From assembly GCA_016794365.1 (NCBI GenBank), contig JAEUKB010000060.1, positions 30,613-94,612 on the forward strand: a DNA stretch of 64,000 bases. Direction: 5' to 3'. This document shows, one piece after another, positions 10,707 through 19,445 of the stretch. The DNA is from Myxococcales bacterium (GTDB lineage Bacteria > Myxococcota_A > Polyangia > Palsa-1104 > JAEUJZ01). A program made the translations under genes and the position numbers. Under the pieces are notes generated by a model that ran no database searches, was not told where the DNA came from, and worked only from the letters and a program-made list of their open reading frames with translations. Each line of letters begins with the position of its first letter. The stretch's first letter is position 1.

Positions 10707-13463
10707 CTACTTACACAGCTCCATCCCGCGCTGAGCCTCGGGGTTTGAGCTGTTCGGTCCGTTGAGAACCTTGGTGTAGTAGATGCGCGCTTCTTTGCAG
10801 TTCTTCTGCTTGTAGTAGGCCTTCCCGAGGAGCAAGTAGACATCCTGGCTGGTGGCCTTGTTCTTGAGCGCTGCTTTGCCCCACTTGATCGCTTCGCCGT
10901 AACGGCCTCGTCCAAACTCTGCTTCGCCCATGCAGGCCAGCGCCAGACCGCGAATCTGCGCATTGCCCGCCGCTGCATAGCACAAGTTGAACGCCACTTC
11001 GTTGCGGCTCGCATTGATGGCCAAGCGACCTTCTTCAATTTTTCCAAGCGCCGCCGAGCGATCGATAAATGGCGGCATCGTCAGCGTCCCAAGCTTCTTG
11101 TTGCCGTCTCCGTCTTCTTTGTCCTTCTTCGGCGGCTGGACCTTGGTTGGACTCGGCTCGACGCTCACGGGCGGCTTGGTCGCTGTACCCGCGTCGGGCT
11201 GCTGCTGGACCACCACAACCGGCACTTGTCCGGCGTCTTGCACCTGTGGCGTCACCACTTTGATCGGTGCTGCATCGGGCTGCTGCTTCGGCGGCGGCTG
11301 CGTCATCACCCAATACATTGTCCCGAGCAGTCCGAGCAGACCACCCGCGAGCGCGATGCCTCCGATGACAATCGTCTTGGTTCCGCTTGGCTCCGGCTTG
11401 GCCGTTGGAATGTCCGTCGCTGACTTGCTCGGAGGCGGACGGCTTGGCACCAGCAGCACACCCGCCAAGATGTCCGACAAGATCTGCTGCATCTGGGTTG
11501 CAGCGTCGGCCATGCTCTGCGGACGCGCTTCGATCGAGCGCGCTAGCATTCGCATCACCAGCTTCGCCATCGCGTCGGGAACATCAGGCCGCAGGCTCGC
11601 AATCTCGACCGGATCTTCGGTCGCCTTGCGGATGAGAATGTCCATCATGTTCTCACCCGCAATCGGTGCCTTGCTCGTGAGCATCTCGTACAAGATCGCG
11701 CCCAGTGAGTACACGTCGCTGCGCGCATCGGCACCTTTGCCTGCCGCTTGCTCCGGTGCCATGTACTCGGGCGTGCCCATCGCCATGCCCGGCGTCGTCA
11801 GCTTCTGCTCTTTGGAATCTTCCAGCGACTTGGCAATCCCGAAGTCGAGCACCTTGACGAAGTCTTTGTTTCCGTCGCGATGAATCAGGAAGATGTTTTC
11901 CGGCTTCAAGTCACGATGGATGATGTTGCTCTGGTGCGCCGCTGACAGCGCGTGCGCAACCTGCGTTCCAATCGCCAGCGCGTCGGTCACCGGCAGACGC
12001 TTGTCTTTTTGCAGTCGCTGCGCCAGATCGATTCCTTCGAGCAGCTCCATCACAAAGTAGAACGAGCCATCGACGGTCGTGCCGCTGTCGGTCACTTCGA
12101 TGATGTTCGGATGTCCGATTCGCGACGCTGCACGCGCTTCCATCCGAAAGCGTGCGACCACTTCCGGCGTTCGTGAGTACACCGGATGCAAGATCTTGAT
12201 CGCGACTTTGCGACCAATTTCCGTGTGCTCTGCCTCGAAGACGCGACCCATTCCGCCTTCGCCGATCTTGCGCAGGATGCGCCAGCGCTCGATCACGGTG
12301 CCGAGCATCTTCCCGGTGTCGTACGCCGAGAGATTCTCCATCACCTGGCTCGGGATTTCGCCTTCGCGCAGCTTTCCTTTGTCGCCAGCCGTCGGGTTTT
12401 CAATCTCTTTTAAGATATCGGCCCGTCGCTGCGCTTTCTGTTCTGCCGCTTCACGCTCGGTCTGTGTCTGCTTTTGAATCGTTTGCAGACGCTCGTGGAC
12501 GTTTTCGAGCAGATCTTGTCTTTGCCGTCGCTCGCGCTCAATGTCTTCGTCGAACAGGTCGGCCATAAAGGCCTTCACCCGCTCTGAGTCCGTCGCGACG
12601 TAATCACGATTCGACGCCAAAAAAGCCGTCAGATCCGCACGAAACTGCTCGCCCGTCGCGTAGCGCTCGTCAGCATTCTTCGCCAGCGCTTTGAGCACGA
12701 TCTTGTCGAGCATCGCTGGCACTCGCGGCGCACGCACCGACGGAGGATCAATCAGCGGATTGCGTACTCGCTCGATCAGCTCGTGTCCTTCGGTGCCGTG
12801 CTGTGGAAAGAGCTGTCGTCCCGTCAGAAGCTCCCACAGGATGATGCCCGCCGCGTAGATATCGGTTCGTCCGTCGATCGGCTCGCCACGCGCTTGCTCG
12901 GGCGACATGTACGACACCTTGCCGTAGATGATGCCAGCGGCGGTCTTTTCCAGCTTCAGCGTCGAGCTAGCCAGACCAAAGTCCGTCAGCTTCACTTCTC
13001 CGTTGAAGCTAACCAGCACGTTCGGCGGTGAGACGTCGCGATGGACCAGCTTGATGTTGCCGAAGTTGTGCGCGTAGTGAAGTCCACGAGACAGCTCGCG
13101 AGCGATATGCACCGCAACATCGACGGGAAACGCAATTCCCTTTTTGGCGCAGCGATTCCACACAGCGCGCAGGTCTTTCCCGTCGATGTAGTCCATCGCC
13201 AGGTACAGCTCGGACTCGACCATGCCCGCGTCGAACACCGGGACCAAGTTGCCGTGCGACAGCCGTACAACGACCTTGGCCTCGTCGCGGAACCGATTCA
13301 CGTATTCCGGGTCAGCCAGGTGCGGCAGCACCGTCTTGATGACGCACAGCCGCTCCATTCCGCGATCACCGACGCAGGACAGATAAAGAGCTCCCATTCC
13401 ACCCTGAGCGAGCGGTGAGAGCAGCGTGTACCGACCGAACGGTCGCGGGAACTTATCGGCCAC
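10707..13463 (-). CDS. Ser/Thr protein kinase with two tandem kinase domains, TM segment, Pro-rich linker and C-terminal TPR domain
   Basis: 918 aa. Domain 1 (aa ~10-280): 'LAQGGMGALYLS', 'CVIK', 'HRDVSPPNVLV', 'DFG', 'SPE'. This is an atypical catalytic loop (VSPPN in place of LKPEN). Domain 2 (aa ~385-650): 'IGEGGMGRVFEAEH', 'VAIKIL', 'HRDLKPENIFL', 'DFGIAK', 'APE', fully canonical. Then a hydrophobic stretch 'IVIGGIALAGGLLGLLGTMYWV', a Pro/Gln-rich tract, and a TPR-like C-terminus. Confidence 0.85.
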   Translation of the reverse strand: MADKFPRPFGRYTLLSPLAQGGMGALYLSCVGDRGMERLCVIKTVLPHLADPEYVNRFRDEAKVVVRLSHGNLVPVFDAGMVESELYLAMDYIDGKDLRAVWNRCAKKGIAFPVDVAVHIARELSRGLHYAHNFGNIKLVHRDVSPPNVLVSFNGEVKLTDFGLASSTLKLEKTAAGIIYGKVSYMSPEQARGEPIDGRTDIYAAGIILWELLTGRQLFPQHGTEGHELIERVRNPLIDPPSVRAPRVPAMLDKIVLKALAKNADERYATGEQFRADLTAFLASNRDYVATDSERVKAFMADLFDEDIERERRQRQDLLENVHERLQTIQKQTQTEREAAEQKAQRRADILKEIENPTAGDKGKLREGEIPSQVMENLSAYDTGKMLGTVIERWRILRKIGEGGMGRVFEAEHTEIGRKVAIKILHPVYSRTPEVVARFRMEARAASRIGHPNIIEVTDSGTTVDGSFYFVMELLEGIDLAQRLQKDKRLPVTDALAIGTQVAHALSAAHQSNIIHRDLKPENIFLIHRDGNKDFVKVLDFGIAKSLEDSKEQKLTTPGMAMGTPEYMAPEQAAGKGADARSDVYSLGAILYEMLTSKAPIAGENMMDILIRKATEDPVEIASLRPDVPDAMAKLVMRMLARSIEARPQSMADAATQMQQILSDILAGVLLVPSRPPPSKSATDIPTAKPEPSGTKTIVIGGIALAGGLLGLLGTMYWVMTQPPPKQQPDAAPIKVVTPQVQDAGQVPVVVVQQQPDAGTATKPPVSVEPSPTKVQPPKKDKEDGDGNKKLGTLTMPPFIDRSAALGKIEEGRLAINASRNEVAFNLCYAAAGNAQIRGLALACMGEAEFGRGRYGEAIKWGKAALKNKATSQDVYLLLGKAYYKQKNCKEARIYYTKVLNGPNSSNPEAQRGMELCK

Positions 13464-13658
13464 AGTCGTTGCTTCATCCTAACACATGGAAACGTGCTTC
13501 TCTCGACCTGTCGCGCTGTCTATCGTCGCGAATCTGCGGAAGGATTTGTCCGACATACGGACAACGTCCGAATCTCGGACGAGCAGCGCAGCCCGCTTAC
13601 GCTGCACTCCGTCGCTGAAGCTCGATCCGAGCACTGGCACAGCTGATGCAAAAGCGCT

Positions 13659-14111
13659 GTGGTCATGAATGGCCTACTGATCGCAAACCAGCTTCTTTCC
13701 GCAGTGGATCGCTTGATGGCTCAGGTGGCAGACGATGTCGTCTTGCATGAAGGAATCGGACGAGAGCGTCAGCGCTTGCTCGTCTTGATTGAGCGTCACT
13801 TGGGCTGCTCGCTGTCATCTGCGCAGATACAGCGTCGGCTTCGTCGCTATCGGCTGAAGCGCAATGCCAGCGTTCGTCTCGGCTGCTATCGCGCACTGGC
13901 GCTTGGGCTGCTGCCCAGTCAGCGCTTCGATGTGCTGATGCTGCTGTATCGTCGCGCCATGGCTCGTCGCGCTTATAGCGGTTCTTCGTCGGAAACTCCG
14001 ATGTCTTCTTCGCCAGTTGTTTCAGCCGCGCCAGGCATCGGTGACAGCGACGGTGCTGCATCGCCACTGCTGCGAATGAACTTCAGCAGGACTTCAACGA
14101 TCTGCGCCTGA
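13659..14111 (+). CDS. Hypothetical small protein (uncertain)
   Basis: 150-aa ORF, divergent from the tandem-kinase gene, with acceptable composition. Its 3' end overlaps the convergent PBP4 gene by ~140 bp, which makes it doubtful. Confidence 0.25.
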   Translation: MVMNGLLIANQLLSAVDRLMAQVADDVVLHEGIGRERQRLLVLIERHLGCSLSSAQIQRRLRRYRLKRNASVRLGCYRALALGLLPSQRFDVLMLLYRRAMARRAYSGSSSETPMSSSPVVSAAPGIGDSDGAASPLLRMNFSRTSTICA

Positions 14112-15589
14112 AGCTGACGAACCTGCTGAAGCCGCTTGGGCCGAAATCCCTCGACGAAGATCGTAAACACCAAGACGCCGGGATGTGATCCCACATAGCC
14201 CGAGAGCACCGAGACGCCATTGAGCGTCCCGGTCTTGCCACGGACCAAGCCATGACTCTGACCTCGGAAGCGATAGTGAATGGTGCCATCGATTCCACCG
14301 ACGGCCAGCGACTGGATAAACTCCGGTCCAAGCTCCAGGCTGTGGTACAGCTTCAGCAGCAGCTTGCCGACGTCGATGGGTCGCACTCGGTTTTCATACG
14401 TCAGTCCCGATCCATTCACCAGTCGCAGGCGCTCTGGCTGAAAACCGAGTGGAACCAGCCACTCACTGACTGCTTTTGCGCCTTTTTCCAGGCTCTGCGG
14501 CAGTCCAAAGCGAACCGCTCCAAGCGTCTTCCACACGACATCTGCGACGAAGTTGTTGCTGTCTTTGTTGACCACGCGACAGATTTCCGACAGCGGCAGC
14601 GAGCGATGCTCAGCGATCAAATGCAGCGGTCCAATTGGAGCCGGACCAATGCGAAACGTGCCGTTGTGACGGATGCCCGTATCTTTCAGCACCGTCGTCA
14701 GCGTCGCAATAATCCACTCGCGCGCATCAGGAATACGCTTCTTCACAGACGCGGCGCTGCGCTTGCTGCCGATCCGACCACGAACCTCGATGACCAAGTG
14801 ATCGTCTTTTCGGTGCGAGTCCACAAGCAGCTTGGTCTTCTTGCCAGCAACGGTCTTGACCGAACCTCGCAGCACAAAGTACGGCGACGATGGTTCCAGT
14901 GTGATGTGCGCGCTTCGTCCGATGCTGCTCGGGACGACACGAACGCGATAGGCATCTCGGTTGAGCATCAGCGCGCCACTGCCTTGTCCGGGAGCAGCCT
15001 CGGCTCGTTCCAAGCTGGCTTCATCGCGGAACTGACCGTCGAGTACGATATCGCCATCGATCTGCTGGATGCCGTGCCTCGCCAGATCGCGAATCAGCTC
15101 CGCCAGATCGGCCGGTTGCAGCGATGGATCCCCGCTTCCTTGCAGAAAGACATCACCTTTGATCGCGTCGGCTGGCGTTCCGCTGTTCGTCGCATACTTT
15201 GGTGCCCACAGCGTGGTGCGAAACCGAAAGTCCGCTCCGAGCACCGACAGCGCCGCTGCCGTCGTAAAGATCTTGGTATTCGACGCTGGATTAAACGGAG
15301 TATCGGAGTTGAGAGCAAAGACCTCTTCTCCGCTGCTGGCATCGTGAACAGTCATTCCGACGCGCAGCTTTCCGAGCAGCGTCCTTCGCGTCAGATCGCG
15401 GAGCTTGCTTCTCAGGTTTTCGGCCCGATTGACAAGACCACTTCCGGTCAGCGACTCGACTGCGGAAGCGGTTGCGGGCAGCTCGGGATGACTTCGCGCA
15501 TGCGACGGCGCAGGCTGGACCGCGCACAAGAGCAGCGGCCCCAAGAGCCAGGATGCCCAGCGAAGTCGTCGTCGCAGTCCTGTCGTCAT
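13973..15589 (-). CDS. dacB: D-alanyl-D-alanine carboxypeptidase/endopeptidase, PBP4 family (peptidase S13)
   Basis: 538 aa. Signal peptide 'LLGPLLLCAVQPAPSHA'. Active-site SxxK 'FNPASNTKIFTTAAAL'. Overall length and architecture fit PBP4/DacB. Confidence 0.85.
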   Translation of the reverse strand: MTTGLRRRLRWASWLLGPLLLCAVQPAPSHARSHPELPATASAVESLTGSGLVNRAENLRSKLRDLTRRTLLGKLRVGMTVHDASSGEEVFALNSDTPFNPASNTKIFTTAAALSVLGADFRFRTTLWAPKYATNSGTPADAIKGDVFLQGSGDPSLQPADLAELIRDLARHGIQQIDGDIVLDGQFRDEASLERAEAAPGQGSGALMLNRDAYRVRVVPSSIGRSAHITLEPSSPYFVLRGSVKTVAGKKTKLLVDSHRKDDHLVIEVRGRIGSKRSAASVKKRIPDAREWIIATLTTVLKDTGIRHNGTFRIGPAPIGPLHLIAEHRSLPLSEICRVVNKDSNNFVADVVWKTLGAVRFGLPQSLEKGAKAVSEWLVPLGFQPERLRLVNGSGLTYENRVRPIDVGKLLLKLYHSLELGPEFIQSLAVGGIDGTIHYRFRGQSHGLVRGKTGTLNGVSVLSGYVGSHPGVLVFTIFVEGFRPKRLQQVRQLQAQIVEVLLKFIRSSGDAAPSLSPMPGAAETTGEEDIGVSDEEPL

Positions 15590-15591
15590 CC

Positions 15592-16191
15592 CTATGCCGT
15601 CAGCTTGTGCTCCAGATCCAGGGACGAGAACTTGTTCGTCTCGTTGCTGAAGTCCAGAAACAAAAGGTACGCCGCTACTTCCCGGTGGTCAAAGGTCGGG
15701 TGGGCCAGCATCAGCTTGGCGGCGGCAACCAGCTTGTCTTCGGGCACGTCCTTCATGAAATCGGCATCGGTTAGACCTTTTTGGTGCTCAACCCCGACTG
15801 CATCCAGGAAGGCCGTGAGAAGCTCGCTCTTGGTCTGTCGAAGCCACTCGAACATCATGACCTTGCAGCCTGGCTTACCTGCTACCACCGACGACCACAG
15901 GCGCTTGGCCCACTCTTCATTGCGCTTTTTCAGGCTGGTCTGGTGGGCTTGTCGCGTCGCAGTCAGACCGATTTCCATCAGCGAGGCTTTCATGGCTGCG
16001 CTGCTCAGCGACAGGAACATCTCTTTGAACTTGGGCTCGCCAAGACGTTTGCAGATTTCGTGGGGTGCTAGGCTCACGGGGCTCTCCTCTAATCGCTGCG
16101 GCAGCTGGGAGATTTGCCCGACGGCAAGTGCCACCGCAGAATGGGCGTTTATCGCCTCATCTCCGCTCATCGTCAAGAGGCGCGCGGGCAT
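15592..16191 (-). CDS. Hypothetical cytoplasmic protein
   Basis: Likely start 'MPARLLTMSGDE' at 16191 (or 16170). Balanced Lys/Glu-rich composition. Its stop lies 2 bp from the PBP4 start, and it sits 20 bp downstream of the FGE-family gene, so the three are probably co-transcribed. Confidence 0.5.
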   Translation of the reverse strand: MPARLLTMSGDEAINAHSAVALAVGQISQLPQRLEESPVSLAPHEICKRLGEPKFKEMFLSLSSAAMKASLMEIGLTATRQAHQTSLKKRNEEWAKRLWSSVVAGKPGCKVMMFEWLRQTKSELLTAFLDAVGVEHQKGLTDADFMKDVPEDKLVAAAKLMLAHPTFDHREVAAYLLFLDFSNETNKFSSLDLEHKLTA

Positions 16192-16213
16192 GAAACGTGA
16201 GCGGTTCGTCGCA

Positions 16214-17035
16214 TCAGGGCTTGGCTTGGCTCGCCGTATGTATCGTCGCTGCTGCACTATTTGGCTGCGAACTCTGTGCAGCAGCTCCGTCTTTGGCGCA
16301 GCGAAAACCAATGTCGCCATCTCGATAATCGAGAGGCAGAGCCAGCCGATCGGCAGCACGCGGCAGACCGAAGATCGAGCAGCAGCCACCCCCACGCAGC
16401 ACACGCAGCTTCTCTGTCCCAGTGACGCGCGCAACCTTGCCATCGGTGCGCTGATACGCGTCGCGCTGATAACTGTCCTGTGTCCATTCCCAGACGTTGC
16501 CAGCCATATCCAAGACGCCGTAGGGAGAAGCTCCCGACGGATACGAACCGACGACTACGGGCTTGCCGGGCGCGCCTTCTTCGGCACAGCGACCGTCCAT
16601 CGAGAAGTTGCCGTAGTTTCCGTGCTGACAGGAAAAGTCATTGCCCCAGGGATAGCGTCGTCCATCTGCACCACGCGCGGCTTTTTCCCACTCCGACTCG
16701 ATCGGCAGACGCTTTCCGGCCCACTGACAGTATGCGACGGCTTCTTGCCAGCTAACCTGCGTGACCGGCAGCTTCGCGCTGTCTTTGGTTCTGGTGAGAG
16801 GAATCGCAGGACAAGCTCTGGCGCTCACGCACTCGCTGTACTGCTCGACTGTGACTTCGGTTCGATCGATGGCAAACGCGGGCAGGCTGACTTTCGCTGC
16901 GGGCTTTTCGTCTGGGTCGCCTGCTTCGTCGCCTCGAACAAAGGGCCCGGCTGGTACCGCGATCATGGTTGTCGTCACAGGCAACAGCCCTGTTCCAAGC
17001 AGGAGAGTAGGCAAAGCAGGCAGCCACGACATCAT
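16214..17035 (-). CDS. Formylglycine-generating-enzyme (FGE/SUMF1) family domain protein, secreted
   Basis: 273 aa. N-terminal signal 'MMSWLPALPTLLLGTGLLPV'. FGE-sulfatase fold motifs 'DRTEVTVEQYSECV', 'WQEAVAYCQWAGKRLPIESEWEKAARGADGRRYPWGN', 'RVLRGG'. Confidence 0.75.
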   Translation of the reverse strand: MMSWLPALPTLLLGTGLLPVTTTMIAVPAGPFVRGDEAGDPDEKPAAKVSLPAFAIDRTEVTVEQYSECVSARACPAIPLTRTKDSAKLPVTQVSWQEAVAYCQWAGKRLPIESEWEKAARGADGRRYPWGNDFSCQHGNYGNFSMDGRCAEEGAPGKPVVVGSYPSGASPYGVLDMAGNVWEWTQDSYQRDAYQRTDGKVARVTGTEKLRVLRGGGCCSIFGLPRAADRLALPLDYRDGDIGFRCAKDGAAAQSSQPNSAAATIHTASQAKP

Positions 17036-17100
17036 CGGGCCTTTGTGAACGTACTTTCAGCGAGCCGCAAGCGAATTGTGTCGCAGAGGAGACGCCGACC

Positions 17101-17874
17101 ATGACACGCAGTTCGTTTTTGAATCGTCCCGAAGCAGCGCGTCCTCGGGAACGACTGATGTACCTTGGCGCAGAGCAGCTAAGCGATGAGGAGCTGCTGG
17201 CGCTGGTGCTGGGATCGGGGGCTGCGACACCGCTGGCCAAGCGGCTGCTGGATGCAGCGGGCGGCACACATGGTCTGCGTCGCTCGGGTCATCAGGCGCT
17301 CTGTGCTCTGTCTGGAGTGGGTCCGGCCAAGGCCTGTCAGATCAAAGCCGCGCTAGAGCTGGGACGACGCGCGCTCACGCAGGAACCACTGCTGGGCATG
17401 CAAGTGCGAGCACCGTCGGACATCGCCCACGTTATCGGCGCTGAGCTGAGCATGGCGGAGCAAGAAGCGATACATGTCTTCGGGCTGGATGCGCGTCATC
17501 GCATTCGCTGCCGTCACGTTGCCGCTGTGGGTCAAGTCGATCGCGTGGTGGTGAGCCTCGCGGATGTGTTTCGACCGCTGATTCGCGAAGGCATGGCCGC
17601 GCTGATCGTTGTCCACAATCATCCAAGCGGAGACTCCAGCCCAAGCGAAGAGGACGAGCGTCTGACGCTCAAGCTGGCGCAGACCGGGAGCATGCTCGGG
17701 ATTCCTCTTTTGGATCACGTTATCGTCGCGAGAACTGGTTTTTATAGCTTTGCCGACCACGGCTTGCTCAGCTCGCCACTGGCGCTACCGAGTGTTGGCT
17801 GTCTGCGACGAGATGATCCCGCGAGTGGTCAGCTGGAAAACGAACGCTTGAAAACTGGCCGAGCTTCCGCATAA
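17101..17874 (+). CDS. radC: RadC-family JAB/MPN domain protein (UPF0758)
   Basis: 257 aa. N-terminal HhH-like region. JAMM motif 'VVHNHPSGDSSPSEED'. Typical RadC length. Confidence 0.85.
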   Translation: MTRSSFLNRPEAARPRERLMYLGAEQLSDEELLALVLGSGAATPLAKRLLDAAGGTHGLRRSGHQALCALSGVGPAKACQIKAALELGRRALTQEPLLGMQVRAPSDIAHVIGAELSMAEQEAIHVFGLDARHRIRCRHVAAVGQVDRVVVSLADVFRPLIREGMAALIVVHNHPSGDSSPSEEDERLTLKLAQTGSMLGIPLLDHVIVARTGFYSFADHGLLSSPLALPSVGCLRRDDPASGQLENERLKTGRASA

Positions 17875-17885
17875 GGTGCGCCCTC

Positions 17886-18557
17886 GTGAACCCCCTGATC
17901 ATCGGTGTGGCGGGTGGAACTGGCTCAGGCAAGTCCACCGTGGCGGCCAAGATCGTCGAGGGCCTCCCTGTGGGAAGCGTCGTGACCCTCGATCACGATA
18001 GTTATTACCGGGATCGCTCGGACCTGACCCAAGCGATGGCGGAGCAGCTTAACTATGACCATCCGGACTCGCTCGAGACGGATCTGCTGGTTCAGCACCT
18101 GCGTCGTTTGAAGCAAGGCCAAGCGATCGACATGCCGCAGTACGACTTCAAGACGCACTCGCGGCTCAAGACTCGTCGTCGGGTCGATCCAGCGCCCGTC
18201 ATTGTGGTCGAAGGCATCTTGCTGTTTGTCGAACCGGACTTGCGTGCGCTGCTCGACATCAAGCTGTTTGTTGATACCGATGCCGACATCCGAATTTTGC
18301 GGCGGATTCGGCGCGATTTGGAGCAGCGCGGACGAACCTTTCAGTCGATTCGCGAGCAGTACTACAAGACCGTGCGGCCCATGCATCTCCAGTTCGTCGA
18401 GCCTTCCAAGCGCTGGGCGGATCTCATCATTCCCGAAGGCGGAGAAAACCGCGTTGCGCTGGATATGGTGATTGGTCGCATGCGTCACTATTTGTCCGAC
18501 ACGCTGCGAAATCCCATTGCCAGCGAAGATGGTGAGCGCCGCGTCGCACACTGCTAG
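17886..18557 (+). CDS. udk: Uridine kinase
   Basis: 'MNPLIIGVAGGTGSGKSTVA' P-loop. 'YDHPDSLETDLL', 'FDFKTHSR', 'IVVEGILLF', 'DTDADIRILRRIRRD' all match Udk. Confidence 0.9.
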   Translation: MNPLIIGVAGGTGSGKSTVAAKIVEGLPVGSVVTLDHDSYYRDRSDLTQAMAEQLNYDHPDSLETDLLVQHLRRLKQGQAIDMPQYDFKTHSRLKTRRRVDPAPVIVVEGILLFVEPDLRALLDIKLFVDTDADIRILRRIRRDLEQRGRTFQSIREQYYKTVRPMHLQFVEPSKRWADLIIPEGGENRVALDMVIGRMRHYLSDTLRNPIASEDGERRVAHC

Positions 18558-18707
18558 CGATAGCTGCTTCCTTCCGCTTCCTCGCTTTCGTTTCCAAACA
18601 AACAAACGGTCATCGCTGAGACAGCCTGCGCTGGTCGTTTGGCTGACATCCGAGCGCTTGATCTCTGATCCGTTTGGCTTTGTGTCTGTGACGCGCAGCG
18701 AGGGTTC

Positions 18708-19436
18708 TTATACGTAGTTTGCGAGCAGCCCGGCACGCAGCGGATGATCGACGGCAGCCGTCGCTCGTCGCAGTGCTTCAAGATCCAGCTCAACACGCTG
18801 AAGCTGAACACTGACTTCGCCCGATTCGACAAAGACCATCGCGTACTCCGCGTGCGGCAAGACGCGCGGCGCTTTTCCCATCACAAACTCTCGAAACGGC
18901 ATACCCACGCTGCCAGGGTTTACGAGGAGCGTCCCTCGGTGTTGGCGCAGCATCTGTAAGTGCGTGTGACCGCCTGCCATCACCGTGCTGCGTCGCTCTC
19001 CCAGCAGCTGATCAAGCTCTTCAGCCGGTGTCGTCGCCAACAGATTTTCCATGTGCGATCGTGGCGAGCCGTGAAACAGCGCAAGCTGCGTCTTTGCATC
19101 CAGCGAGAGCGTGAGCCCAGTCTGAAAGCTGCGCAGGAAGTCGAAGTCCGCAGGCCGCAGCTGATTTCGACACCAGTCCACCGCTTGTTTGACGATCGGT
19201 GCTTCGGTATAGCCGTTGATGAGCTGGGCATCGAGCAGAAACTCGTCGTGGTTTCCCATGATGCAAGGACAGCCCTGCGCTTTCAGGATGTCCAAGACCT
19301 CACGCGGGTGCGGACCCAGCGTCGCGACATCGCCCAGGCAGATGGTTGCATCGACGCCGTGGCGCTTGATGTGACGAAACACTGCGGACAGCGCCACTTC
19401 GTTGGCATGCAGATCGGAGATCAGGGCGACTCGCAT
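18708..19436 (-). CDS. Metallophosphoesterase (calcineurin-like, YfcE/MJ0936-type)
   Basis: 'MRVALISDLHANEVAL', 'ICLGDVATLGPHP', 'GNHDE', 'GHTH' metal-binding motifs. Confidence 0.8.
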   Translation of the reverse strand: MRVALISDLHANEVALSAVFRHIKRHGVDATICLGDVATLGPHPREVLDILKAQGCPCIMGNHDEFLLDAQLINGYTEAPIVKQAVDWCRNQLRPADFDFLRSFQTGLTLSLDAKTQLALFHGSPRSHMENLLATTPAEELDQLLGERRSTVMAGGHTHLQMLRQHRGTLLVNPGSVGMPFREFVMGKAPRVLPHAEYAMVFVESGEVSVQLQRVELDLEALRRATAAVDHPLRAGLLANYV

Positions 19437-19445
19437 CGACGACTC

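Noticed and set aside
11000-12500. Plus-strand ORFs (298 aa and smaller) inside the tandem-kinase gene
   Set aside because: Antisense shadow frames. The minus-strand product has two complete kinase domains.
14252-17104. 950-aa plus-strand ORF, the longest in the window
   Set aside because: Arg/Ser/Ala-rich low-complexity translation with no motifs. It lies antisense to three well-supported minus-strand genes (PBP4, hypothetical, FGE). A typical GC-rich shadow ORF.
18557-18708. Intergenic region between convergent udk and phosphoesterase genes, searched for a terminator or small RNA
   Set aside because: 'aaacaaacaaacgg' with no convincing GC-rich stem-loop. Nothing supportable.
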